NCBI GenBank assembly: GCA_049696515.1
Contig: JBAVTZ010000173.1
Location: 292-64,291, forward strand
DNA length: 64,000 nucleotides
Source of the DNA: Candidatus Cybelea sp.
Lineage (GTDB): Bacteria > Vulcanimicrobiota > Vulcanimicrobiia > Vulcanimicrobiales > Vulcanimicrobiaceae
Direction of reading: 5' to 3'
Shown: positions 17,939-27,688 of the stretch, one piece after another
Layout: each line of letters opens with the position of its first letter
How positions within the stretch are numbered: the first letter of the stretch is position 1
Translations under genes and position numbers: made by a program
The notes under the pieces: generated by a model
Database searches by the model: none
What the model saw: only the letters and a program-made list of their open reading frames with translations
What the model was told of the DNA's origin: nothing

Positions 17939-18943
17939 ATGCATCGTTCCGTTATCGGGCTGTCACTCTTATCGGTCGCAACGGTCTTTTGGTCCGGTTG
18001 CGCCTCACTGGGCTCGAGCCCGGCTCCGATAAATGCTAATCTAGCGCAGGCGCCGAGCAGTGACGGAGTGGTGCTCATGCGCGGCCGTTCGCTGCCGGCA
18101 CCCGCGCAACGCAAGACCCGTCCAGGTTGGCTTGCTCCCGAAGCAAAGTCCGGGAGGAACCTGCTCTACGTCGCCGATCAATCGGCGGGCGCAATCGAGA
18201 TTTACAAGCAGAAGGGAAGCAATCAGCAACCCATCGGTGAGATCACGCAGAGCGTCAGCGAGCCCGACGGGCTATTCGTCGATAGCCGCCACAAGCTGTA
18301 CGTTTGCAACTTCGGTAACGGGACGGTCACGGTCTATCCTGCCGGGAGCAAGTCTCCATCTGAGACGCTGACCGGTGCGGGTTCGCCGATCGACGTCGTT
18401 GTGGCGAAAAACGGTACGGTCTACGTCGCCAACTTCAACTCAGGCACGGCCGGTACGGTGCTCGAATACCCCAAGGGCCAGACGGCGCCGTCGAAGACGC
18501 TCGTAACCTTCGGAACCGCGTCGTTCCCTGAGGGTCTCGCAATTGACTCGGCAAAAAACCTCTACGTTGCCTTCAACACGAATGACGGTGAAGTGCTTGA
18601 GTTTGGGCCCGGGTCGCCGAGCGGCAAGAACCTCGGAATCCACGTCGGCTACGTCGGCGGTCTGACGATCGACCGCAACAACGATCTACTGCTCGACGAC
18701 CAGAACCTACCCGGCGTCGACGTATTTCCTCCCGGTAGCCACACGCCATCCGAACAGATCAAGGGATTCAAACTTGCCTTCGACGTGGCGCTCAACCACA
18801 CGAACACGAAACTCTGGATTACGGACACATTCTCGCCCCCATCCGTTAACGAGGTCTCATATCCGAGCGGAACGATCGTCGACACGATTAACTCGCTCGA
18901 ATCGGCTTTCGGCGTCGCCACGAGTCCAGACGGCTCCGAGTGA
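17939..18943 (+). CDS. lipoprotein with beta-propeller (NHL/YncE-like) repeats
   Basis: Lipobox FWSGCAS. Recurring LYVA/VYVAN..G.V..Y blades (LYVADQSAGAIEIY, LYVCNFGNGTVTVY, VYVANFNSGTAGTVLEY, LYVAFNTNDGEVLEF). Confidence 0.6.
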   Translation: MHRSVIGLSLLSVATVFWSGCASLGSSPAPINANLAQAPSSDGVVLMRGRSLPAPAQRKTRPGWLAPEAKSGRNLLYVADQSAGAIEIYKQKGSNQQPIGEITQSVSEPDGLFVDSRHKLYVCNFGNGTVTVYPAGSKSPSETLTGAGSPIDVVVAKNGTVYVANFNSGTAGTVLEYPKGQTAPSKTLVTFGTASFPEGLAIDSAKNLYVAFNTNDGEVLEFGPGSPSGKNLGIHVGYVGGLTIDRNNDLLLDDQNLPGVDVFPPGSHTPSEQIKGFKLAFDVALNHTNTKLWITDTFSPPSVNEVSYPSGTIVDTINSLESAFGVATSPDGSE

Positions 18944-19016
18944 GTTCTCGACTCCATCCAGCGACAAGATCAGGAAAGGTTCGGTCGCGGCGACGCGCGA
19001 ACCGCCGCGTGTTCTT

Positions 19017-19676
19017 TTAGCGCTGGTTCGCCTCTGTATAGCGCACATTGGGTGGCGGCACGAAGAGAGCTGAGTCGTTAGCCAGACCGGTCAAGTAGAG
19101 ATCGTAGCGAAGGGCCGATACCAAGTTTCCCTGGTGATAGTAGCGCGCGAAGGCGGGAACGCTGGTGCCGGATCGCTCAAGAATTTCGATCGCATCGGGT
19201 CCGTCGTCAAAGCGATAGACCTCAAAGGTGACATTGCCGATCTGCTCTGACCTAACGGGCTTGGGAGCATTTGCATCGATAAAAGCTGCCTCACACCCGA
19301 ACTCCAGATCTAGCAGTTTTGCCGAAACATCTTTGCCGAAGACGGGCGCTCTCGCGAGAAAAGTCGGCCCCGGGTCCGAGACGTGCTTACCTGTATTATC
19401 GTAGGGGTTGGCCATCCAGATGTTCGACTCCGCGACTACAACGACCCCATGGATTCCGTTGGCCGAGTCGATAGCCTCTTCGACGCGCAGCTTATCGCTG
19501 CCGATCCTGTATAGGTTCTTAGGTTGGGCTGCGAACGACGCGCGTGCAAGGCCCGGGGTAACGTTTACGATGGTGATGTGAACGAGCTCCTCAGGAGCGC
19601 ACGTTGCGGCGAATGCGGGAGTAGCGAAGCCAAAGATGACAATGGCGAATGCGACAAAGCCTAGATATGGTTTCAT
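19017..19676 (-). CDS. exported protein of unknown function
   Basis: Signal peptide MKPYLGFVAFAIVIFGFATPAFA. Coding-like codon use. Confidence 0.55.
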   Translation of the reverse strand: MKPYLGFVAFAIVIFGFATPAFAATCAPEELVHITIVNVTPGLARASFAAQPKNLYRIGSDKLRVEEAIDSANGIHGVVVVAESNIWMANPYDNTGKHVSDPGPTFLARAPVFGKDVSAKLLDLEFGCEAAFIDANAPKPVRSEQIGNVTFEVYRFDDGPDAIEILERSGTSVPAFARYYHQGNLVSALRYDLYLTGLANDSALFVPPPNVRYTEANQR

Positions 19677-19825
19677 CTTAGCGTTCCCTACGACGCCGTT
19701 CCGCTCAAATCATGCGGGCAGCGTGGCGGCGCCTCTCGACTTGCATTGCTCGGCGAAACTAGCGGTGCCCCAGACCGGCGGTCGAACCCGGCTCCTTTGC
19801 ACAAACGAGCGGAGAACTTTGTCGA

Positions 19826-20899
19826 ATGCGTGGAGTACTTTTTGTTTCAGTCATTGTGATGTGGGCTTTTTGGCCAGGCGTTGCAGCGACTGCGGCACCT
19901 TCGGCAAACGCGATGACAGCGTTTTCGCAAGGCCAAGCGTACGAGAGGCTCTTTCAAGATCACGTTATGCCGGCCACCTGCAGCATAGTTCTAGAGCGGC
20001 CGCGCTGCAACGCGGATTTTCAAACGATCCACGCACTACGCGGTGCCGATCCAAACGACGCCGCAATGGCGGCGTGGCTCGCAACCGGAAATTTGTCTCA
20101 GGCACCCAAAGGGTGGAACGGCATATACGTTCCTGACTCATCCTGGGAGCAGAATCCGGAGTTCGCGTGGTGGTACACGGCGGGCCAAGTCTCGATCGCA
20201 ACGAGCCTGCCCGAGAACGAAGCGACCACCGCGTACATAGCACATCTGCCCGATGCGATAGTAGCCCACGCCGGGTCGCTGCCGCCCGAATTTCAAGGAC
20301 ACGTTGCGTCGAGCGGTTCCCCATTTGAGCGCTTGCAGCAGTTGCAGGAGGCCCTTCTAAAGACTGCCCCCGTGGTCGCATATCCCGATGCGTCTCTAGC
20401 TGAGGGAACCAAGGGTGACGCGCAGCTCGGGATATTTTTGAGCACGTTGCAAGAGCTCATCGACAACCCACTTGCGCTGTCGCGCCCCGAGAGTCGGGCT
20501 TTTGGCCTTATCGTGGTGGACCGTCTTCAGGCAATCAATGACAGCTACGCGGTTGGCGTTTCATTTTCGGCCGTCAAATCCGCACTTTCCGGTGCTATCC
20601 CGGACGTGGTGGGCACCGATGCCCTGCGCCAATCGCTTTCGCATGCCCTCTCAGGTAAGTGGCCGCTCGCGCGACGCGAGGCGTTTCTGCTTGGCACTTT
20701 GACTGCGCAGGTCGCTTATAACGCCGCCGTTTTGCGCGAACCTCAATTTGACGCGGAGTTCCGGGGTGCCATGAGTGGATTCACACCGTACGCCGGAATG
20801 TCTCCAAGCGTTCACGCAGATATCGAGGCGTTACGAAGTATCCCGTACGCGACCAACGGGAGCGGAGCGCTCTCAACGCGGCAGCATCAAGGGAAGTAA
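19826..20899 (+). CDS. exported protein of unknown function
   Basis: Signal peptide MRGVLFVSVIVMWAFWPGVAATAAPSANA. 357 aa. Confidence 0.55.
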   Translation: MRGVLFVSVIVMWAFWPGVAATAAPSANAMTAFSQGQAYERLFQDHVMPATCSIVLERPRCNADFQTIHALRGADPNDAAMAAWLATGNLSQAPKGWNGIYVPDSSWEQNPEFAWWYTAGQVSIATSLPENEATTAYIAHLPDAIVAHAGSLPPEFQGHVASSGSPFERLQQLQEALLKTAPVVAYPDASLAEGTKGDAQLGIFLSTLQELIDNPLALSRPESRAFGLIVVDRLQAINDSYAVGVSFSAVKSALSGAIPDVVGTDALRQSLSHALSGKWPLARREAFLLGTLTAQVAYNAAVLREPQFDAEFRGAMSGFTPYAGMSPSVHADIEALRSIPYATNGSGALSTRQHQGK

Positions 20900-20995
20900 C
20901 CGACATGGTCGCAACGCCCTGAAGGTTTAAGCGGCTTCTCCGTTCGGCAGAGTGTTGATTGAGCAATTCCTGTGTGGCTGTTGAACGATTCGCAG

Positions 20996-21157
20996 CCGCT
21001 CCACATCCGGGACGTTCCGCCCCGGACTTAGCGATTTTCGGTCAACACAGGATGTGTTCTTCAAAACTTCGTTCTGCCGAAAATCGCGTACGAGCGACCG
21101 AAGGACAGGAGGTCCGCAGGGAGCGTTCCGGGGCGGAATGCCCCGGATGCGGAGCGG
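20996..21157. repeat. nested inverted-repeat element (MITE-like or structured RNA)
   Basis: 31-nt arms (20996..21026 and 21127..21157) are reverse complements with 3 mismatches. Inner inverted repeat GCGATTTTCGG/CCGAAAATCGC (21031..21041 and 21077..21087). Central AACACAggaTGTGTT. Confidence 0.6.
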
Positions 21158-21164
21158 CCCAACG

Positions 21165-22166
21165 CTAACGCGCGAGGTAGCGTTTGCGGAGTTCGTCGAG
21201 GACGACCGCGAGCAAGATCACGGCGCCCAACAGAACTTTCTGCAAATATGAATCTACGTTGAGCAGGTTCATCGCATTGTAGAGCACGCCGATTAGCAAG
21301 GCTCCGAAGAACGTGCCGATCACGCTGCCCCGGCCGCCCGTCAAACTGGTCCCGCCGACGACTACCGCTGCGATCGATTCCAACAGCTCGTCCCCGGTTC
21401 CGGTTTGCGGAGATCCGGACGAAAAAAGCGCCATATACAAAAAACCGACGATCGCCGCACAGGCACCGCTGATCACGTAGACGGCCGTTTTTACGCGGCC
21501 GACGTTGATACCGGCAAGCCGCGCGGCCTCTTCGTTGCCGCCGATCGCAAAGACGTATCTCCCAAAACGGGTGCGCGTTAAGAGAACCGAAGCGGCGATC
21601 ACGACCACCACCATCCAGATCACCGGTATCGGGATGCTCGGAAGGTGTAACGCACGCGTCACGCCGCCAAGGAACGAGCCGATCCCGGTATTTTGGAAGT
21701 CCGGCGTCTGCAGCGCCACCGGGCGTCCGTGCGAAAGAATGAAGGCGGCTCCGAGCGCCATCTCGAGCATCGCCAGCGTCGTGATGAATGGGGGCAGGTT
21801 GAGCTTGACGACCGGGAGTGCGTTAACCCATCCCGCCGCGCTGCCGACGGCGACCGCGACCAGCAGTGTCGCGGCGATCAGCGGAAAGCCGCTGAGGTGA
21901 GCCGCGTTGGCAAAGAGCGCGGCGACGACGCCGGTGAGCGCGACGAGCGAGCCGACCGAAAGATCGATGCCGCCCGTGATGATCACGAACGTCTGGCCCA
22001 CGCCCAGCACGCAGTTGTAAGTAATCTGTCTCAACACGCGGACGATGTTGCTCGGTTCGAGGAACGAGCCATGCGAGGCCACGTCGACGATCGCGACCAA
22101 TACGATCAGCAGCGCCGCGGCGCCGGCGATGCGCACCCAATACCAAACCCGGTCGCGTTGGTTCAT
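21165..22166 (-). CDS. sugar ABC transporter permease (RbsC-like)
   Basis: 333 aa, polytopic, branched-chain/ribose-type permease pattern. Overlaps the ATPase gene by 4 nt. Confidence 0.85.
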   Translation of the reverse strand: MNQRDRVWYWVRIAGAAALLIVLVAIVDVASHGSFLEPSNIVRVLRQITYNCVLGVGQTFVIITGGIDLSVGSLVALTGVVAALFANAAHLSGFPLIAATLLVAVAVGSAAGWVNALPVVKLNLPPFITTLAMLEMALGAAFILSHGRPVALQTPDFQNTGIGSFLGGVTRALHLPSIPIPVIWMVVVVIAASVLLTRTRFGRYVFAIGGNEEAARLAGINVGRVKTAVYVISGACAAIVGFLYMALFSSGSPQTGTGDELLESIAAVVVGGTSLTGGRGSVIGTFFGALLIGVLYNAMNLLNVDSYLQKVLLGAVILLAVVLDELRKRYLAR

Positions 22167-23662
22167 GCGGCGGCCCCGGTGGCGATCGCGATGACCTCGT
22201 CCGGCGTCACGTCGGCCCGCGCGAACTCCGCGGCGATTCGGCCTCCGCGCACCACCAGAATGCGGTGCGACATGCCGAGCACTTCGGGCAAGTCGCTCGA
22301 AACCATTACGATCGCCGCGCCCCGCGCAGCGAGATCGAGCATGATCTTGTAGATTTCAGCCTTTGCGCCGACATCGATTCCGCGGGTCGGCTCGTCGAAC
22401 AGAAAGACACGCGCCTTGCCTAGCAGCCACTTCGCCAACACGACTTTTTGCTGGGTACCTCCCGAAAGATTGCGCACCAACTGCTCGGTGCTGGGCGTTC
22501 GCACGTGAAGCTCGTCGATCATGCGGGTAGTGGCGGCCAGCTCGCGAGCCGAATCGATTAGTAAGTCGCGGTCGACGAATTCGGCAAGATGCGCCAGCGT
22601 AACGTTTTCCCGGACGTTCATGCCCAGGACCAAGCCCTGCGCTTTGCGGTCTTCGGTGATGAAGGCAATGCCGGCTTTGATGCCCTCGGCGATGCGCCCG
22701 GGGGGCACGAGCATGCCGTCGATCCGAATCTCGCCGCGGTCCGGTACGTCCGCCCCGGCAACGGCGCGAACGATCTCGGTTCTGCCGGCGCCGATCAAGC
22801 CTGCTAGCCCAACGATCTCTCCCGCGCGCACGGAAAACGACACGTCCTGGACGACAGGCGAGCGGGTGAGCCCTCGCACTTCCAAGCGGGTTGCAGCCCC
22901 GCCCGCGAGCTCGGGAAGCTCGGGGAAGTGCGAGTCGAGCTTCCGCCCCACCATCGCGCGAATGATTTCCTCCGGCGGAAAGTCGCTCGCGCTTCGGGTT
23001 TCTACGACCTTCCCGTCGCGCATCACCATCACGCGATCGGCGATGCGAGAGAGTTCGTTCATTCTATGCGAGATGTAAATGATGCCGGCGCCGCCGGCCT
23101 GGAGCCGCCGAACGATGACGAACAGCCGCTCGATCTCGCGGTCCGAGAGGGCTGCGGTCGGTTCGTCCATCACGATGATCCGCGCCGCTCTCGCCAAGAC
23201 TTTCGCGATCTCGACCAACTGCTGTTGGCCGACCGAAAGGCGAGAAACCGCGACGTCGAGCGGAAGCTCCAAGCCAAGTTCGGCCAGCGCCTGACCGGCG
23301 CGCGCACGCACGGCTCCCAAGTCAATTAAGCCGCCCCGCGTGGGCTCGGTGCCCAAACTAATATTCGCGGGCGCCGTCAACTGCGGTACCAACGTGAACT
23401 CTTGATAGATCATCCCGATGCCCCGGCGCTGGGCCTCTTGCGGCGAATCGATCCGTGCGACCGACCCGTCGATGAGGATCTCACCTTCGTCCGCACGCAA
23501 CGCACCGGCAAGAATCTTCATCAGGGTCGACTTGCCCGCGCCGTTTTCGCCGACCAGAACGAGAACTTCTCCGGCAGCCAGGGTCAGCGATACGTCGGAT
23601 AGCGCGCGCACGCCGGGAAAACTCTTCCCGATGCCGCGCATCTCGAGCAACGGCGCAGGCAA
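22163..23662 (-). CDS. sugar ABC transporter ATP-binding protein, duplicated ATPase (RbsA-like)
   Basis: Two nucleotide-binding domains: GENGAGKST and GLIGAGRTE Walker A motifs, LSVGQQQ and LSGGTQQK signatures. Confidence 0.9.
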   Translation of the reverse strand: MPAPLLEMRGIGKSFPGVRALSDVSLTLAAGEVLVLVGENGAGKSTLMKILAGALRADEGEILIDGSVARIDSPQEAQRRGIGMIYQEFTLVPQLTAPANISLGTEPTRGGLIDLGAVRARAGQALAELGLELPLDVAVSRLSVGQQQLVEIAKVLARAARIIVMDEPTAALSDREIERLFVIVRRLQAGGAGIIYISHRMNELSRIADRVMVMRDGKVVETRSASDFPPEEIIRAMVGRKLDSHFPELPELAGGAATRLEVRGLTRSPVVQDVSFSVRAGEIVGLAGLIGAGRTEIVRAVAGADVPDRGEIRIDGMLVPPGRIAEGIKAGIAFITEDRKAQGLVLGMNVRENVTLAHLAEFVDRDLLIDSARELAATTRMIDELHVRTPSTEQLVRNLSGGTQQKVVLAKWLLGKARVFLFDEPTRGIDVGAKAEIYKIMLDLAARGAAIVMVSSDLPEVLGMSHRILVVRGGRIAAEFARADVTPDEVIAIATGAAA

Positions 23663-23686
23663 ACTAGTGACCTTCGCTAGCGGCCG

Positions 23687-24667
23687 CTATGGTCGCGCTT
23701 GTCCCGCGCGACGCCGAACGATATCGGCTTGGGTGAAGGTTCCGACCGCGATCTTTACCGCCGGCGCCGGCTTGTGCCCCGCGAAATAATCGTGAATCAC
23801 ATCGATGGTCGTTGCCCCGATGGTAGCGGGGTACTGAATGGCGTCTCCGTACATCCCGCCAGTCGCAATTGCGGCGCGTGCTTCGGAACTTGCATCGTAG
23901 CCGACGATCGCGATTTTTCCGGTCGCGCCGGCGGCCTTGACCGCGGCCAATGCGCCGAGTGCGGAGTCGTCGTTAATACCAAAAATTCCTTTGAGATCTC
24001 GATGCGCCTGAATGATGTCGCCGGTGTCGCTGCTCGCTTTGTCACGCGTGCCGCCCGAATCCACGTCGGCAACCACGGTTACCGAAGGGCAGAGCTGCGC
24101 GATGGCGGCTTTGAATCCCTTAACTCGGTCTTGAACGCTCGTCACTTCCGGCTCGTCCACGATCGCAATGCTGCCGTGATTACCGATCGCCATACAGAGC
24201 AGCTTGCCGGCTTGAAAGCCTCCCTGCACGTTGTCGCTAGCAACGTGCGCCACCACTTGGCCCTGTTTGCTGGCACTCGCAATATCGGCGGTAAAAACCG
24301 GAATGCCGGCGGCATTTGCCTCGGCAATAGCGCTCCCGATCGCCTGTGAATCGTACGGCGTGAGGACGATCGCGTCCACGCGTTTCGAAATAAAATCCTC
24401 AACCTGACTCTGTTGCTTTGCGTTATCGCGACTGGCATCAACGACGACGAGCGAGTAACCGTATTTCGCAGCTCGGGCGCGCATCCCGGACTCCATGTCC
24501 TGATAAAACTGGGCTTCGCGATTCTGAATCGAGACGCCGATGGTCTTATGCGCCCCAGCCGCACCCGGCGATGCCGCTGCACTCGACTGCGAGCCCGTGT
24601 GAGCGCAAGCTGTGAGCGTTATGAATGTGACCAATATCCAAGCGGTCCGAGCGAGCGCTCTTTCCAA
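23687..24667 (-). CDS. sugar ABC transporter periplasmic-binding lipoprotein (RbsB-like)
   Basis: AAAGGAG lies 6 nt upstream of the TTG at 24667. Lipobox FITLTACA. Type I PBP pattern (IGVSIQN ... VDAIVLTPYD ... IPVFTAD). Confidence 0.85.
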   Translation of the reverse strand: MERALARTAWILVTFITLTACAHTGSQSSAAASPGAAGAHKTIGVSIQNREAQFYQDMESGMRARAAKYGYSLVVVDASRDNAKQQSQVEDFISKRVDAIVLTPYDSQAIGSAIAEANAAGIPVFTADIASASKQGQVVAHVASDNVQGGFQAGKLLCMAIGNHGSIAIVDEPEVTSVQDRVKGFKAAIAQLCPSVTVVADVDSGGTRDKASSDTGDIIQAHRDLKGIFGINDDSALGALAAVKAAGATGKIAIVGYDASSEARAAIATGGMYGDAIQYPATIGATTIDVIHDYFAGHKPAPAVKIAVGTFTQADIVRRRAGQARP

Positions 24668-24874
24668 GTCGTTCTCCTTTGGTAACAGGCCGTAATTGCG
24701 GTGGTTCGGGCAGGCGGCAAAGTCCTGCCTGTTTGCGCTGTCCACAGCCTGTGACCTTAGTCTTGTGTAATCTGTGGAGAAGCGCCGCCGGAGTCGCCGC
24801 TGGAGGGCGTTTGGCGGGCCGCATAGCGCCATACCCCCTAGACGATGTACGAGTGGCGCGCGGAAGAAGCGCAT

Positions 24875-26410
24875 ATGCTCTCTCTCGCCTTTTCGGCCGC
24901 GATGCTCGGCATTGAGGGCTACGTCGTACGCGTCGAAGCCGATAGCGCCGCCGGGACGCCGGCTTTCGCAATCATCGGACTTCCCGATCGTGCGCTCGGC
25001 GAGGCACGCGAGCGCGTCCGAGCGGCAATTCTCAACTCCGGATTCGCCTACCCGGCGGGACGCCTGTTGGTAAATCTTTCGCCGGCCGACGTGCGCAAGG
25101 CCGGCCCTGCCTTCGATCTTGCGATCGCCTTGGCGCTGATCGGAATCGACGGGCAAGTCGATCGAGTTTGCTTGCAGGAGTTCATCGCGCTCGGCGAGCT
25201 GGCATTGGACGGCCGGCTGCAGCCGGTAAGCGGAATTCTCCCGATGGTATTGGGCGCGCTTAATGCAGGCTTCACAAAACTGATCGTCCCGGCGCTCAAC
25301 GCCGACGAAGCCGCACTCGTCGCCGGCGTCGAGCTTTATGCCGTCGATTCATTGCAATCGGCGGTCGCCGTGCTGACTGGGAGCGGAGCAAAATGGCGCC
25401 GCCGCACGGCCGCCCCGAGGCTCGAACTCGCCGACGAACTCGTGCACGGCGACTTAGCCGACGTGCGCGGCCAGCTTGCCGCCAAACGCGCACTGGAGAT
25501 CGCTGCCGCGGGCGGTCACAACCTTCTGCTCGTCGGCCCTCCAGGATGCGGCAAAACTATGCTGGCGCGCCGTCTGCCGTCGATTCTTCCGGCGATGTCG
25601 TTGAACGAAGCGCTCGAGGTAACAAAAATCTACAGCATCGCGGGGCTGCTCGTCGGCCGCGCGGGAATCGTGCGCGCGCGTCCATTTCGCTTCCCTCATC
25701 ATACGATTAGCCAAACCGCCCTTGTCGGCGGCGGAGCACTCGTCAAGCCGGGAGAAATATCCCTGGCACATCACGGCGTGCTCTTTCTCGATGAGTTTCC
25801 GGAGTTCACTCGCAGCGCCATCGAGGTCATGCGCCAGCCCCTGGAAGAGGGAACCGTGACCATCGCGCGCGCCGCCGGAACGTTTACCTATCCCGCGCGC
25901 TTTCAACTCGTCGCTTCGATGAATCCCTGTCCGTGCGGTTATCGCGGCACCCGCAGCGCCGAGTGCCGCTGTGACGACGCGCTGGTAGCCCGATACGTCA
26001 GCAAGCTTTCGGGACCGCTGTTGGACCGAATCGATCTGCAGATCGAAATCGCGCGCGTTCCATTCGACGACATGATGCGTTACGACGATGGCGAGCGATC
26101 GGCGCGTATTCGCGAGCGCGTCGTCGCGGCGCGCGAACGCCAACGCACCCGATTCGACGGCGCGGCCCCGGCGTGCAACGCGGAGATTCCGGGAAATGCA
26201 ATGCGGCGCTACTGCGCGCTCGACGAGCCGACGATGCGATTGCTCGCCCACGCCAGTGCCAAACGCCAGTTTTCGGCGCGCGCCCTGGATCGCATCGCGC
26301 GCGTTGCGCGCACGATTGCGGACCTAACCGGCAATGAAGCAATTGGCGCCGAACATGTCGCCGAGGCGATCCAGTACCGCAGTCTCGAGCGACTGGGCGC
26401 TGCCGCCTGA
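24875..26410 (+). CDS. comM: YifB/ComM-family Mg-chelatase-like ATPase
   Basis: N-terminal Lon-like domain (AMLGIEGYVVRVEAD), Walker A GPPGCGKTM, C-terminal Mg-chelatase domain. Confidence 0.9.
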   Translation: MLSLAFSAAMLGIEGYVVRVEADSAAGTPAFAIIGLPDRALGEARERVRAAILNSGFAYPAGRLLVNLSPADVRKAGPAFDLAIALALIGIDGQVDRVCLQEFIALGELALDGRLQPVSGILPMVLGALNAGFTKLIVPALNADEAALVAGVELYAVDSLQSAVAVLTGSGAKWRRRTAAPRLELADELVHGDLADVRGQLAAKRALEIAAAGGHNLLLVGPPGCGKTMLARRLPSILPAMSLNEALEVTKIYSIAGLLVGRAGIVRARPFRFPHHTISQTALVGGGALVKPGEISLAHHGVLFLDEFPEFTRSAIEVMRQPLEEGTVTIARAAGTFTYPARFQLVASMNPCPCGYRGTRSAECRCDDALVARYVSKLSGPLLDRIDLQIEIARVPFDDMMRYDDGERSARIRERVVAARERQRTRFDGAAPACNAEIPGNAMRRYCALDEPTMRLLAHASAKRQFSARALDRIARVARTIADLTGNEAIGAEHVAEAIQYRSLERLGAAA

Positions 26411-26419
26411 GTTTAGATG

Positions 26420-27688
26420 CTAGAAGGCGCCAAGTCCGTCGGGAGTTCCGTTTCCGGTTGGTCCGTCGTAGCCGACTTCACCGGTGCAGATGTAGGCGGG
26501 CAAGGGCGAGCAATCGCCGTTGGAACCGTGCGTGATATCGTAAAGGTCCTGCGTATTGGCGTACGACAGCGAGGCCGGAATGCCCGCGGTGTCGCCGGAG
26601 AGCGCGTAGATTGCGGCGATCGCGGGTGCGCCCACGCTCGTGCCGCCCCACACTTGCCAGCCCGCAGCCTCGCCATCGCCGCGCGTCGATTCGTAGACCG
26701 CTACTCCTGTGGGCGGGCTTGCGTCGTAGGCAACGTCCGCAACGACTCGATTCGAGCAGCCACCGAGTTGGGACTCGATCGGCAACTGCCACGAAGGCGT
26801 TGCGATGAACCGGCTGCAACCGCTCCCGGCGCCGCCCCAAACGTGTTCGGCATAGCCGCGCGCATTTTGTGCTGGATGCAGCGAGGTGCCCCCGACTGCG
26901 GTGACGGTGGCGGCTGACGACGGAAAGATCACGCCGTATCCACCGTCTCCCGATGAGGCCGTAATCGCAATCCCGGGATGGTTGAAGAGCCTAAATTGCC
27001 CGCGCTCCTCTTCCTTGTATTCGGGCGTGCCCCAACTGTTCGAGATGGCTACCGGATGAAACGCCGCGGCCGTGCGCTCGGAGGTGAACAAGTTCGTACT
27101 GGCCTCAATTACGATAATGCGGCAGTGCGGACAGTTCGCCGAAACCATGTCGACGTCGAGAGCCTGCTCGGCGAGCCATTCGTGGCTTACGGGCGGTAGG
27201 GGGCGCTTGCGGCCATCTTGGTTCACGATGCGCAGGCATTCCGTGGCGCGGTCGCAGCGCGGCAATCCGAACTGCTTTCTGTAGACGGCCAGATCGGCGG
27301 CGAGATGCGGGTCTCCGCCGAATTCGACGAGGGCCACTAGCCCGCCCCGATTGTGCTTTGCCTCCTTGGTAATGTTATAAGCGGCCTGCAACTGCGACGG
27401 TCCGTATCCACGAACCGTACCAGAACCGGCGTCCTCAGAGCGAGGTGCTTCTGCCATGTCGCGCAAGCCCAAGGCCAGGCATCGCCAGCGCCCCAACACG
27501 ACGTCGGGACAGGCTTGAATGTAGGCTCCCGACGCGATCTGCGCTCGAACGTAGCTCGCATCATCGAAGCTTTGCAGCGCGCCCGGATTTCCGCGAATCG
27601 CCGGCGCGATCGCGCTTCCGCCACAGCCCGCTAGGAGAAACGCAAGGCATGCCGCAAGCCGGTGCGCCGCAATCGAACGATGCTTCAT
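26420..27688 (-). CDS. S53 (sedolisin-like) serine peptidase lipoprotein
   Basis: Lipobox FLLAGCGG, pro-domain-like GYGPSQLQAAYNI, ITASSGDGGYG and WGGTSVGAPAIAA boxes. Its ATG overlaps the hemQ stop (ATGA). Confidence 0.7.
   Translation of the reverse strand: MKHRSIAAHRLAACLAFLLAGCGGSAIAPAIRGNPGALQSFDDASYVRAQIASGAYIQACPDVVLGRWRCLALGLRDMAEAPRSEDAGSGTVRGYGPSQLQAAYNITKEAKHNRGGLVALVEFGGDPHLAADLAVYRKQFGLPRCDRATECLRIVNQDGRKRPLPPVSHEWLAEQALDVDMVSANCPHCRIIVIEASTNLFTSERTAAAFHPVAISNSWGTPEYKEEERGQFRLFNHPGIAITASSGDGGYGVIFPSSAATVTAVGGTSLHPAQNARGYAEHVWGGAGSGCSRFIATPSWQLPIESQLGGCSNRVVADVAYDASPPTGVAVYESTRGDGEAAGWQVWGGTSVGAPAIAAIYALSGDTAGIPASLSYANTQDLYDITHGSNGDCSPLPAYICTGEVGYDGPTGNGTPDGLGAF

Noticed and set aside
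21054-21251. 65-aa plus-strand ORF starting inside the nested inverted repeat.
   Set aside because: It runs antisense into the ABC permease gene, has no RBS at a sensible distance, and is explained by the repeat structure.
24668-25156. Upstream 163 codons of the tracked ORF containing the sugar-binding protein. The same kind of extension occurs for pyrF (38023..38328), pyrD (38990..39127), the molybdoenzyme (54714..55040) and the cytochrome b (55499..56200).
   Set aside because: The extensions are Arg-rich, overlap neighbouring genes or intergenic DNA, and are followed by internal starts with an RBS and canonical N-termini or signal peptides.
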